NCBI GenBank assembly: GCA_947629945.1 | Contig: CANRFR010000002.1 | Coordinates: 519-64,518, forward strand | Direction: 5' to 3' | DNA length: 64,000 bases | Origin: an uncultured Clostridia bacterium | GTDB lineage: Bacteria > Bacillota > Clostridia > Oscillospirales > Ruminococcaceae | Shown here: one piece after another, positions 1 through 9,183 of the stretch | How the letters are laid out: every line of letters begins with the position of its first letter | Position numbering within the stretch: position 1 is the first letter of the stretch | The notes under the pieces: model-generated | Seen by the model: only the letters and a program-made list of their open reading frames with translations | The model's database searches: none | Told to the model about the DNA's origin: nothing | Position numbers and translations under genes: made by a program

Positions 1-158
1 ACAATATTCATTTCAAATTTCAAAATCATGTTTGACTTACTCACTACTGTTTGATTCTGTCAATACTTTTTGAAATTTGTACCTTTAAATATAGGGACCT
101 TAAATAAATCATGGTTAGAGCTTTAAGGAAGCACTGATTAAATCGGCGCTTCTTAAAA

Positions 159-401
159 TTATCTTTCGTAAGGCTGAACCGAGATTCCACGCTCGCGAGC
201 CTCGCGGTGAAGAGCCTCAATGCGGCATAACAGCGCATTTTCTTCGTATATAAGCGCGTCGATGGTGCGCTCGTCCGTCACAAGATCAAAGGTAACTCGC
301 ACGTCGTCGAGCCGCTCCGTAAGATAGCTTATCCGTTCTAAAATCTCTTCGCGCTCGTATTCATTAAGTAAATCCCGTGATTTTTTTGTAAAGAGTTTCA
401 C
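159..401 (-). CDS. YaaL/DUF2508-like small protein
   Basis: Sequence ...FDLVTDERTIDALIYEENAL... resembles DUF2508; GTG start at 401 after a GGAGGTG RBS; directly downstream of spmB. Confidence 0.6.
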   Translation of the reverse strand: MKLFTKKSRDLLNEYEREEILERISYLTERLDDVRVTFDLVTDERTIDALIYEENALLCRIEALHREARERGISVQPYER

Positions 402-405
402 AAGT

Positions 406-927
406 TCACCTCCCAAAGAACAAGTAAACCACTGCCCCACAGACTATCCACGCCGTGCAGTCGGCAGTGAGCGCGGCGGGAACTGCGCAGCGCGTTTTTT
501 TACACTTCACCGCACCAAAATACACCGCCGCCGTATAAAATGTTGTCTCACTGGACCCGATAAGCGTTGCGGCAACACGCTCCGCAAACGTGTCCGCACC
601 TACGGAGCTTGCTATCTCGTTGTAAACCGCCATAGAGCCGCTTCCCGAAAAAGGTCGCAGGATCACGAGCGGCACAACCTCGCTTGGAAAACCCAGAGCT
701 TTGCAAATCGGCTGCAGAGCGTCGGTCAGAAATTCCACAGCTCCGCTTGCTCTAAACATTCCAATGCAGACGAGAAGCAGCACCAGCGCCGGCAAAATAT
801 CAGCACAGGTTTTCAATCCCTCAGACGCGCCCTCGCAGAATGCTCCAAACACGTCCACGCGCTTTACCGCCGCGTAGATAAGTACAAAAACAGTGATAAG
901 CGGTATTATCCAGTCAGTAAAACCCAT
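406..927 (-). CDS. spmB: Spore maturation protein B
   Basis: Hydrophobic 173 aa; motifs LRPFSGSGS and GSSETTFYT..VYFG; adjacent to spmA. Confidence 0.92.
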   Translation of the reverse strand: MGFTDWIIPLITVFVLIYAAVKRVDVFGAFCEGASEGLKTCADILPALVLLLVCIGMFRASGAVEFLTDALQPICKALGFPSEVVPLVILRPFSGSGSMAVYNEIASSVGADTFAERVAATLIGSSETTFYTAAVYFGAVKCKKTRCAVPAALTADCTAWIVCGAVVYLFFGR

Positions 928-928
928 T

Positions 929-1516
929 TCACGTTTTTCTCCGAATTCTGCACATTAATTTTGCCGAAACAGTGGCGACGACTACCGAATAAATCGAAAC
1001 CATCCACACACACGGAAGTATGTCAAACGGCTTTTGAGAACCGTTTGAGACTCGTAACGCCGCGGCAGTAGCGGGTATTATTTGAAGACTCGAAGCGTTT
1101 AACACCGCAAGCAATATCATATCGTCGGTCGCGGCTGAACCGTCAAAATCCGCGCTCTCCTCTGCTATCGCCCTCATAGCCGCGATACCGAGCGGCGTGG
1201 ACGCGTTGCCCAACCCAAGAACGTTTGCCGCGAGATTCATCGTGATAAGTCCCGCCGCCTTTCCACCGCGCTTTATTCCCTTAAACAAGAGTCCCACGAT
1301 TGGAGAGAGCAGTTTTGCCAGATTTTCGGTAAGACCGGCGCGCTCCGCGACCCGCATCATACCGCTCCAGAAACAAATTATACCGCACAGCGAGACTACC
1401 AACTCCACTGCCTCTCCCGATTTTGCTAAGATTGCCGAGGATGTATCCCCCATTTTTCCGCTAATCGCTGCAAATATCAGTGAAACTACAGGCACAATTA
1501 TTAATATTACTTGCAT
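929..1516 (-). CDS. spmA: Spore maturation protein A
   Basis: Motifs FWSGMMRVAE..GL, NLAANVLGLGNASTPLG, NASSLQIIP; ATG at 1516 after a GGGAG RBS. Confidence 0.92.
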   Translation of the reverse strand: MQVILIIVPVVSLIFAAISGKMGDTSSAILAKSGEAVELVVSLCGIICFWSGMMRVAERAGLTENLAKLLSPIVGLLFKGIKRGGKAAGLITMNLAANVLGLGNASTPLGIAAMRAIAEESADFDGSAATDDMILLAVLNASSLQIIPATAAALRVSNGSQKPFDILPCVWMVSIYSVVVATVSAKLMCRIRRKT

Positions 1517-1593
1517 TTTTTGCTCCCTTTTGTAAAAATTTACTTTTTTTGTAAAAAATTCGCGCTTATTGCACAAAATGTGCAGTAAATAAT

Positions 1594-1622
1594 TTGACAA
1601 ATTTGTCAGAATATGTTATAAT
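1594..1622 (+). promoter_or_regulatory. SigA promoter of abrB
   Basis: TTGACA-17 bp-TATAAT with a TGn extended -10 (perfect consensus). Confidence 0.85.
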
Positions 1623-1667
1623 TAATATAGAAGGAATTTAAATAATTGAGCGAAGGAGGTATCTGAT

Positions 1668-1940
1668 ATGGTAAAATCTACCGGCATTGTAAGAAAGGTG
1701 GACGAACTTGGACGTATCGTTATTCCGATTGAGCTTCGCCGAAACCTGGACATCGAAGAAAAGGACAGCCTTGAAATTTACGTTGAGGACGATCATATTA
1801 TTTTGAAAAAATACTCGCCCGCTTGCTCATTTTGCGCAAGCGCTGATGGGATCACGGTCTTTAAAGGCAGAAACATCTGCCAAAAATGCCTTGATGAGAT
1901 TTGTTCTCTGAGCAAGACCGAAGAAACTAAGGCAGTCTGA
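1668..1940 (+). CDS. abrB: AbrB-family transition-state regulator
   Basis: MVKSTGIVRKVDELGRIVIPIELRR N-terminus; C-terminal CxxC...C motif; GAAGGAGG RBS. Confidence 0.93.
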   Translation: MVKSTGIVRKVDELGRIVIPIELRRNLDIEEKDSLEIYVEDDHIILKKYSPACSFCASADGITVFKGRNICQKCLDEICSLSKTEETKAV

Positions 1941-1976
1941 ATACTAAAATGGTTTTGGTTGCCCTGTTGTAATAAT

Positions 1977-2016
1977 ATGCCGCGATGTAACGAAAAATTA
2001 CTTCGCGGCATTTTTT
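1977..2016 (+). terminator. Intrinsic terminator of abrB
   Basis: ATGCCGCGA...TCGCGGCAT stem followed by a T-tract. Confidence 0.75.
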
Positions 2017-2074
2017 ATGTAAAATTACAAGTTGCTCATATCAGGCTCTGTCATTGATCAAAAACGCGCAAAAC

Positions 2075-2104
2075 AAAAACGCGGTCCGTTAATACGAACC
2101 GCGT
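2075..2104 (-). terminator. Intrinsic terminator of the surface-protein gene
   Basis: ACGCGGT...ACCGCGT stem with an A-tract on the + strand side. Confidence 0.65.
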
Positions 2105-2149
2105 AAATGTCCATTTATTTGACTTTATGGTCGTTTATTGAAGCTGAAA

Positions 2150-2812
2150 TTACTTTCTCTTCTTAGCAACTACCATAGCGCCAGCAGCTACAACAGCTAC
2201 ACCGAGAACAGCAGCAACGCCCTCAACACCGGTGCTTACATTACCCTTAGAGGTAGTGTCGTCAGCAGCGGGAGTAGACTCAGCAGCGGGAGTAGACTCA
2301 GCAGCGGGAGTAGACTCCTCAGCAGCGGGAGTAGACTCCTCAGCAGCGCCGCCCTTGGTCTTAACGGTAAGAGTTACAGCGCCGCCATCTTCAGCAGCGT
2401 TAACGCCGAGCTTAATGCACATGCCATCGCCCTTAGCCCAGTTGATGTCGGAGCCTTTTACAGTAACAGACGCCGCACCCTTAAAGAAACCTGCTTCGGT
2501 CATATCGCCAATAGCAGCAGTATCGGTCTGAGCCCAGCCATCAGCAGCATCGAGACCTACGCACCACTCGGTCATCTGATCGTTGCCGGTGAAAGTAATG
2601 CTCTCGATATCCTCAGCCTTCAAACCAGCCTGGATCTTATCAAGACCTTCCTGCAAAGTAGCGGCATCATCGATGATCTTAACATCAGTCCAAGCATCAA
2701 TATAATCAACTGCCTGGGTGTAAGTGAGATCTTCAGCGGATGCCATCACGCTCATAGCGGATACAGCTACAACGGAAGCAGCTGTAGCAGCCAAGATTTT
2801 CTTCATGTTCAT
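2150..2812 (-). CDS. Sortase-anchored cell-surface protein (NPxTG-like signal)
   Basis: Signal peptide MKKILAATAASVVAVSAMSVMASA; C-terminal NVSTG, hydrophobic stretch and KKRK; ESTPAA linker. Confidence 0.8.
   Translation of the reverse strand: MNMKKILAATAASVVAVSAMSVMASAEDLTYTQAVDYIDAWTDVKIIDDAATLQEGLDKIQAGLKAEDIESITFTGNDQMTEWCVGLDAADGWAQTDTAAIGDMTEAGFFKGAASVTVKGSDINWAKGDGMCIKLGVNAAEDGGAVTLTVKTKGGAAEESTPAAEESTPAAESTPAAESTPAADDTTSKGNVSTGVEGVAAVLGVAVVAAGAMVVAKKRK
2262..2348 (-). repeat. 18/21-bp tandem repeat encoding (E)ESTPAA
   Basis: tcagcagcgggagtagac(tcc) x4 plus a partial unit. Confidence 0.95.
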
Positions 2813-2880
2813 TGTAATTTTCCTCCAAAAAATATTTTTTGTACAAACGAGCGGACAACCCGCATACGTTTTGTATTTAT

Positions 2881-2909
2881 ATTATACACTATTCCCGTTG
2901 ATAATTCAA
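2881..2909 (-). promoter_or_regulatory. SigA promoter of the surface-protein gene
   Basis: TTGAAT-17-TATAAT on the minus strand. Confidence 0.75.
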
Positions 2910-3015
2910 TGTAACATTTAGCCAAAATTTTTAAAATATTTTTGTGTAATTTTTGGTAAAATTTTCTGTAATAAAACCGAAATTACCAAACATTTTAAAA
3001 TTTAGCTAATTTACG

Positions 3016-5466
3016 TTATTTTTTCTTTCTAAAATTCGGATTATCATCGGGCTCGCGCATAATAACATCATAAAGCCGCCGCGTCTTATTGGTCTTGTGC
3101 TTCTTGGATCTCAACATCTCAAGCTCCGAAGGCTCCGGCTCGGGCGGTGCCTCTGCGGACGCTTTGTCCTCAAAAAGACCCCTCTCCTCCGTCCATATAC
3201 CCGCGGGAGCGTTTTCGGCGGTCACACGCATTGGCGGTTTGCCGTCCTCGGAACGGCTTTTTCTGTCGCTTTGGCTATTGATTTGGCTTTTGCTCCGGCT
3301 GCCGCTCAAACTACCGCCGTCTCTGTCGGATTGCTCCAGAACGTCAAAAATGCTGCCGATATCCTTGAACGGCTCTGCCTCGGGCAGCTCTTCCTCAAAG
3401 GTAGTCGCAGAGTCAACCCTACCGCGCGGAATAATGCTCTCCGCTTGAGCCGACGTGACCACGGGCGTGCCCGCCGCCTTACCGTAAGCGCTTATCGCTG
3501 CGGCATTTTTCTTAATAACTTTCGGCTTCGGCTGTCGTATCTCGGGCGGCTTTTTATCGACGGCGCGGCGGCGCGGCTGCTTGATGCTCGGCTTCATATC
3601 CTCCGGAACCTCATCGTAAATGGGAAACGGCGGCTCTTCATCCGGCTCGAACGGCACTTGATTTGCCGCCTGCGCCGACTTCATCGGGAAGTCCTCAACA
3701 AACTTGGGCGTTTTCTCATCAAATGCTTGGAAAGCGTTTTTGCGCGCTTCCTCCTCTTCATCAAGCTCTCGGCGGCGCGCTATTTCCTCAGCCTTTTCGC
3801 GCTTTACGCGCTTTTCCTCTTCAAGATGTTCCTCCAGACGTTTCAAGTCCTCGTACGGACTGCGCTCATGCTCCGGCTGTCGCTCCGGCTTTCGCTCCGG
3901 CTGTCGCTCCGCCTTTTCGGGAATGTTCGGCGGTGCGGACGACGGCTTAAGCGGCGCTCCGAACGGCTGAAAACCCGAGGGGTCGGGAGCTTTCGTATAA
4001 CCCTCGTGCCCGAGACTTTCTCCGTTGCGTATTATATGAGAGATCTGCGGCTTTTCGTTCTTTTTTCGCTGTTTGGTCGGCGATGTGAAAAAGCCCTCTT
4101 TCAGCGCCCGCTCGTCCTCGGGGTCGCGCTCAGGCGGCTGCGGGATAGCGTCGCGCGTTATCCTTTCGGGCACGAACGGCTTAACTACGCGCTCACGCGG
4201 CGCGGAGAGCGGCTCCGGCTCCTTTTTCGGTACCTCTACGATAGGCGTGCTTTTGGTGATATCCACCTCCAGTGAATAGTCTAGGAAACTTTCAAGCTCT
4301 TCGGGAGTTATCTCGCCGTTTTTGACCTTCTGTTTCATCGCCTCCATATAAGTGCGCCAATATTCGTACTCCTTAACGCTCATATCCTTATCGATACGGT
4401 TGTACATCTTATCGGTGACGTCCTTGGACCTTTTCTCCAGAGTTTCTGTAATGGTGGGTTTGGGGTGTTCTTCCTCCCAGATCTCAAGACAAGTCTTGCC
4501 GTTCGGCACAAAGCGCGAGCAATACTCTTGAGGGTGCTCCTTATCGCGCAGGAAATAGCGTCCGCAGCGTTTACATTTGCCCAGCCACTCGCCGTTTTCG
4601 ATCATCGCGTCTATCTCGAGATCTATGGCGGCTTTAAGACTGCACGGCATATAAAGCTTTTCGCCGTAAGTGTCCATTTTTCCACGTACTACGCCGTAAT
4701 TCGATAAATCCTGAGGCAGACCCGCTTTCATTTTCGCAAAAGCGTCCATGGCTATTTGATCGGATATTTCGCTGTAATCGCCAACGTCGGAATAATCTTC
4801 GCTGTAATCGAAATCCGAAAGCACATTACGCACGATATCCTTTGAAACGGTCGGGAACAGGAACGGCGCCGTAGGCACTCTGCCCACGGAAAACGTCTTT
4901 GTAACGCCCAGATCCTCAATGCGGCAGCCCATTTCACGAGCCGTCACGCTGAACGCCAAATCGAAGTAGTTGCGTCTTGCCACGGCGTCCTCGATAGTTT
5001 TTATCGACATTGAGAAGATGAAATCCGATTTGCTCCGCGCGTAATCCTGAACGCGCGCTATATTCAACCATTCGTTGATAGCGCGGTTATAGCGGAAATC
5101 GCACAGCCGCGAGAACACCGCCTTTTCAAAATCGCTTTTGCAGCGGATAAATCTGTTCCACAGTGCGTTTACGCCTATATTATCTCTCCTGCAAACGTAA
5201 TCTATCCAACAATCCAGCACTATTTTTTCATAAACCGTTCTGATGTTGTGTTCGATATAGCAATGCGCCCCGCAGATATCGCGGCGAAGCTCCGCCATAC
5301 GGTCAAGGTCGAGAACGCCCGATTTCAGCGATTCATTACACAGATCTATGGAATGCTTTGCAAAATAAGAAAAATCGAATTCGCAAAAATCCAACAGCGT
5401 TGTAGGATAACGTAACACGAAAATCTCGTTGGAAGTTTTCCCCACGAGCTTCAGCGTTCTCTCCAT
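3016..5466 (-). CDS. DUF6076-like protein with a Cys cluster and long disordered C-terminal tail
   Basis: CKRCGRYF...YCSR...CLE Cys motif; about 400 aa P/E/K/R-rich tail; ATG at 5466 after an AAGGAG RBS. Confidence 0.6.
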   Translation of the reverse strand: MERTLKLVGKTSNEIFVLRYPTTLLDFCEFDFSYFAKHSIDLCNESLKSGVLDLDRMAELRRDICGAHCYIEHNIRTVYEKIVLDCWIDYVCRRDNIGVNALWNRFIRCKSDFEKAVFSRLCDFRYNRAINEWLNIARVQDYARSKSDFIFSMSIKTIEDAVARRNYFDLAFSVTAREMGCRIEDLGVTKTFSVGRVPTAPFLFPTVSKDIVRNVLSDFDYSEDYSDVGDYSEISDQIAMDAFAKMKAGLPQDLSNYGVVRGKMDTYGEKLYMPCSLKAAIDLEIDAMIENGEWLGKCKRCGRYFLRDKEHPQEYCSRFVPNGKTCLEIWEEEHPKPTITETLEKRSKDVTDKMYNRIDKDMSVKEYEYWRTYMEAMKQKVKNGEITPEELESFLDYSLEVDITKSTPIVEVPKKEPEPLSAPRERVVKPFVPERITRDAIPQPPERDPEDERALKEGFFTSPTKQRKKNEKPQISHIIRNGESLGHEGYTKAPDPSGFQPFGAPLKPSSAPPNIPEKAERQPERKPERQPEHERSPYEDLKRLEEHLEEEKRVKREKAEEIARRRELDEEEEARKNAFQAFDEKTPKFVEDFPMKSAQAANQVPFEPDEEPPFPIYDEVPEDMKPSIKQPRRRAVDKKPPEIRQPKPKVIKKNAAAISAYGKAAGTPVVTSAQAESIIPRGRVDSATTFEEELPEAEPFKDIGSIFDVLEQSDRDGGSLSGSRSKSQINSQSDRKSRSEDGKPPMRVTAENAPAGIWTEERGLFEDKASAEAPPEPEPSELEMLRSKKHKTNKTRRLYDVIMREPDDNPNFRKKK

Positions 5467-5485
5467 ATCAACACTCCTTTCAAAT

Positions 5486-6355
5486 TCACTGCGGCGAAGA
5501 GCTTTGCTCCGAGCTTGCCGCCGAGCTTTGCACGGAACTTGCCGCACTTTGTGCAGCGCTGCCCGAAGTAGATTTTACTGTACTTTTCGTTTTATCGACA
5601 AGATACGGATTTTCCTGCTCAACTTTTCCGTCCACCAACAAGACCTCGGTCTGCTTGCCGCTCTTTGTGGAGGTTTTCCACTCCACAAAGTTCTGCGAAA
5701 GGCTCGTGTAAGCCGCAACGTGAATACTCTTACACCCGAAAACCTTTTTCGCCACACCCTGTGGTAACTTGTAATCATCGCCCGTATATTCAACGTAGTA
5801 AGTCATTGTGTTGCGGTCGGGGTAGCTGTCAAGATAGCGCACCAAACGGTATTCGCCGTTTTTGGAAAGGGATTCGTAAGAAGTATCGCGCGTTGACAGG
5901 TCGGGACCCAGCAAATTCAAGTTGCCGATAAATCTCGTAACGCCTATGTGTCCCGCTATGCCTATAACGAACAGCAGCAGATACATTGTGCCAAGTACGG
6001 TTTTCAGCGTTTCGTTTGAAGCATTGACGAAGAACAGCACCAACATAACCACTACAGGCGGAATAATGATATACCAATTTCCAAAGCCGAAAAAAGTCAC
6101 CAAAAACACTATCGGCGGCAAAATAAATGAATTCACGCGCGTTATCACCTGTCTGCGCGACAGAATAAACAGACCAAGCGCCGCAACGTTTATAAACAGG
6201 TAGAGTATAAATGCGGGCGTGGGGTTTTCAAACTGGAAATAATACGCAAAAGTAAGCCACGCTATCCACACCATAAATCCCGTATAACCCCAGCATATCA
6301 CGGCTATCACACGTCTGAACCACACATTCTTAAAAAAAGCCACCAGCTTGTCCAT
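5486..6355 (-). CDS. Hypothetical multi-pass membrane protein
   Basis: About 5-6 hydrophobic segments followed by a soluble domain and a Ser/Ala/Gln tail. Confidence 0.75.
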   Translation of the reverse strand: MDKLVAFFKNVWFRRVIAVICWGYTGFMVWIAWLTFAYYFQFENPTPAFILYLFINVAALGLFILSRRQVITRVNSFILPPIVFLVTFFGFGNWYIIIPPVVVMLVLFFVNASNETLKTVLGTMYLLLFVIGIAGHIGVTRFIGNLNLLGPDLSTRDTSYESLSKNGEYRLVRYLDSYPDRNTMTYYVEYTGDDYKLPQGVAKKVFGCKSIHVAAYTSLSQNFVEWKTSTKSGKQTEVLLVDGKVEQENPYLVDKTKSTVKSTSGSAAQSAASSVQSSAASSEQSSSPQ

Positions 6356-6438
6356 CGTCATTCCCTCTCTTACTTAAATATGTATTAAACTTTACAGGCA
6401 AAAGCGCCCCTTGATTTAAAAATAATTCCACGTATTAT

Positions 6439-6467
6439 ATTGTATAACAAAACACGAAAAAATGCAA
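6439..6467 (-). promoter_or_regulatory. Probable SigA promoter
   Basis: TTGCAT-17-TACAAT on the minus strand. Confidence 0.6.
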
Positions 6468-6498
6468 GTGGTTTTAGTCAATTTCTTAAAATTATCAA

Positions 6499-6529
6499 TA
6501 AAAAATCCCTCATTTATTAAACGAGGGAT
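6499..6529 (-). terminator. Terminator downstream of ftsZ
   Basis: ATCCCTC...GAGGGAT stem with a T-tract on the minus strand. Confidence 0.7.
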
Positions 6530-6549
6530 CTTATAATATGCATAAAATA

Positions 6550-7755
6550 TCAGCTTTCCTTGCCCTGATTGAACTTGCGTAACAAGCTGTCAATATCGTT
6601 GGCGTCGCCAAAGCCGCCCGAAAACGTCATGTGACCTGACTGCGCCGCAGGCTGTACTGCTTCCTCCGCAAGATCGAACTCAAGAGTCTCTTCCGGAGTG
6701 GGTCCCTCAACAGGAACGTTCGGCGAAGCCACGCCAGTAAGTACCGACGGCTGGGGGTCCTCCGCAAAATCCGTTGCCACAACGATAAGCGAGATCTCGT
6801 CGTCCGCCAGATCGTCGTCGAACACGATACCGCACTTGAACTTGGCATCCGCGTTGAACTTTTCGGAGATCTCCTTGGTAAGTCCGTCGAATTCCTCAAG
6901 CGGGAACGAGGACGGAATGGAAACGTTGAGCAATCCGCGCTTCGCACCGTCTATAGAGGTCTCGAGCAGCGGGCTGTTGAGCACCTCGTTCAAAGCCTCG
7001 TCTATCTTGTTGTCGCCCTTGCCCTTACCGATAGCGATATGCGCTATGCCGCTTTCTTTCAAAGCCATCGTGATATCCGCGAAATCAACGTTGATATAGC
7101 CGTCGCCTTGCAGCAGCTTTATCATACCCGTTACCGCCTTGCAGAGGATATCATCAACCTCGCCGAACGCTTCTTTCAGCGAAACCTTGGGCTTGGAGCC
7201 TTTAAGCTCGCGAACGCGGTTGTTCGGGATAATGATAAGCGCGTCGACATACTTCTTCATCTCGGAAATGCCGCCGATAGCCATCTGCATTTTGGCTTCG
7301 CCCTCCCAATCAAAGGGCTTTGTCACAACTCCTACCGTAAGTATATTTCTTTCCTTAGCCACGCTTGCCACAACGGGAGCAGCGCCCGTACCCGTGCCGC
7401 CGCCCATACCCGCTGCAACGAACAACATCGAAACTCCGTCCAAAACAGCCGCGATATCATCGCGGTTTTCCTCGGCGGAAGCTTGTCCTTTGGCGGGGTC
7501 GTTACCCGCGCCCTGTCCGCGCGTAGTTTTGCGTCCTATCTGAATACGCTTCATCTTGCTGCCGTCTTTTTTTCTCAAAGCGGCAACATCGGTGTTCGCG
7601 ATAACATACTCAACATCCAGCACTCCGCCGTCGACCATGTGCGCCGCAGCGTTTCCGCCCGCGCCGCCTACTCCAAACACCATAATTTTGGTGTCCATTT
7701 GGAAGTCGTCGCTCAAATCAAATCCATCATCAATATCATCAATAGCAAAAGCCAT
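6550..7755 (-). CDS. ftsZ: Cell division protein FtsZ
   Basis: GVGGAGGNA, tubulin signature GMGGGTGTG, INVDFAD T7 loop. Confidence 0.97.
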   Translation of the reverse strand: MAFAIDDIDDGFDLSDDFQMDTKIMVFGVGGAGGNAAAHMVDGGVLDVEYVIANTDVAALRKKDGSKMKRIQIGRKTTRGQGAGNDPAKGQASAEENRDDIAAVLDGVSMLFVAAGMGGGTGTGAAPVVASVAKERNILTVGVVTKPFDWEGEAKMQMAIGGISEMKKYVDALIIIPNNRVRELKGSKPKVSLKEAFGEVDDILCKAVTGMIKLLQGDGYINVDFADITMALKESGIAHIAIGKGKGDNKIDEALNEVLNSPLLETSIDGAKRGLLNVSIPSSFPLEEFDGLTKEISEKFNADAKFKCGIVFDDDLADDEISLIVVATDFAEDPQPSVLTGVASPNVPVEGPTPEETLEFDLAEEAVQPAAQSGHMTFSGGFGDANDIDSLLRKFNQGKES

Positions 7756-7804
7756 ATTACTCTCCTCCTGCTTTTTTGCCTCTTAAATACAATACCCTTT
7801 TTTA

Positions 7805-7833
7805 ATTATACCACATCTTGACCGAAAATGCAA
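7805..7833 (-). promoter_or_regulatory. Internal SigA promoter of ftsZ
   Basis: TTGCAT-17-TATAAT on the minus strand in the ftsQ-ftsZ gap. Confidence 0.75.
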
Positions 7834-7920
7834 GTCATTTTTCCGATAAATTTATGAATATCGGCAGACATTTTTCGTGGATTATGCCCAAACCCGTTTC
7901 TTTCAAGAAAATTTGCATGC

Positions 7921-9135
7921 TTATTCGGTGAGCGCCGGGTCGGTTATCGGTCCCGTAACGGAGTCAGGCTCCGATGTTGGATCAGGGTAGGGTTCCGGCT
8001 CGGGATCAGGCTCCGGTTCGGGGTCCGGTTCCGGTTCGGGGTTCGGTTCCGGCTCGGGATCCGGTTCCGGCTCGGGGTCTGGCTCCGGCTCGGGGTCTGG
8101 CTCCGGCTCGGGGTCTGGCTCCGGCTCGGGGTCTGGCTCCGGCTCGGGAGCGGGAGTTGACTCAACAGCGGACTGAGATGCGGGCGCGGATACTGTTGAA
8201 GATACTGACTGCGAGGAAACGGGTTTGCTCGTTTGAGGCACGGAATTATTCTTTACGGGAACTTTTTCGGGATTTGTAAGCAGCAGCGTAACATGCTCGT
8301 CCTTGCCTATCTGATTTTCGATGATCTCGATTGCCACAAGCAGCTTGCTTTCGACCTCTTCTGCGGGACCGAGTTCCAAAATTACTCGATCCTCCACAAC
8401 TATCTTGACCGAAAACCTATCGGTAATATCCACTTCCGTGACGTTCTTCAGACCCGTTTTTTCCACGGCTTTAAAAATGATATCGGGGATCTCGGTCTTT
8501 CCGTCGGTTTTGGATTTCAGCCATGTGCCGATCTCAAGGTTTTCCGCGTCAAAGCCCTTAACGACGGGAAGCCCGTCCGGCTGACAATGCTCAAGTATTT
8601 TACCCTTGTGCGAGATTGCCGCCGTAACGCCGTTATCGCTTATGCAGTATTGCTTTTCCGCTTCAACAACCGAAATGTTGATATTTGTCGGGAACGATTT
8701 TTTCACTTCCGCCTCATCTACGTAAGCCAAAGAATTTATGATGTTATCGCGGGCTTCGGAAGTGTTTATACGCATAAGATTTTCGCCGAGCTGCAAGCCC
8801 GATTTTTCCCTTATCTCGTCCGCCTGATACCTTTCGTTTCCCGAAACGTTTATGTGACTGCACTTAAAAAGCACGGTATTGGCTAGAATGATAACGACTA
8901 CGATTACGACAATAGCTGCCAGAATATAATACAGCGAATAGTTGCCGCCGCGAAATTTCTTCTTCTTTCGCGGACGGCTCTTATCGCGTACGGACGTTTC
9001 GGCATTTTTGCGCACGGAACGCACCGTGGAGGAATTCGCGTACATCTCTCTACGCTCGCGGGTAGACCGGGCGGTTTTTCTTTTTAAGTCCTCGGGCGTT
9101 GTTCTTGAACTGCCTCGGCTTTTTTTCCGTACCAT
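7921..9135 (-). CDS. ftsQ: Cell division protein FtsQ/DivIB
   Basis: Basic N-terminus, single TM, POTRA-like region (INVSGNERY...[14 protein letters not shown]); position between murA and ftsZ. Confidence 0.85.
   Translation of the reverse strand: MVRKKSRGSSRTTPEDLKRKTARSTRERREMYANSSTVRSVRKNAETSVRDKSRPRKKKKFRGGNYSLYYILAAIVVIVVVIILANTVLFKCSHINVSGNERYQADEIREKSGLQLGENLMRINTSEARDNIINSLAYVDEAEVKKSFPTNINISVVEAEKQYCISDNGVTAAISHKGKILEHCQPDGLPVVKGFDAENLEIGTWLKSKTDGKTEIPDIIFKAVEKTGLKNVTEVDITDRFSVKIVVEDRVILELGPAEEVESKLLVAIEIIENQIGKDEHVTLLLTNPEKVPVKNNSVPQTSKPVSSQSVSSTVSAPASQSAVESTPAPEPEPDPEPEPDPEPEPDPEPEPDPEPEPDPEPEPNPEPEPDPEPEPDPEPEPYPDPTSEPDSVTGPITDPALTE
7987..8148 (-). repeat. 18-bp tandem repeat x9 encoding PEPEP[D/N/Y]
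   Basis: ggctccggctcggggtct-type units in the 3' end of ftsQ. Confidence 0.95.
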
Positions 9136-9183
9136 TTTTGTCACTTCCTTTTATGAACTGCCGGAATAAATTGTATTCCGAAA

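Noticed and set aside
2138-2914. 258-aa + strand ORF with SSGSRL repeats
   Set aside because: Antisense shadow of the surface-protein gene; its repeats are the reverse reading of ESTPAA; no RBS.
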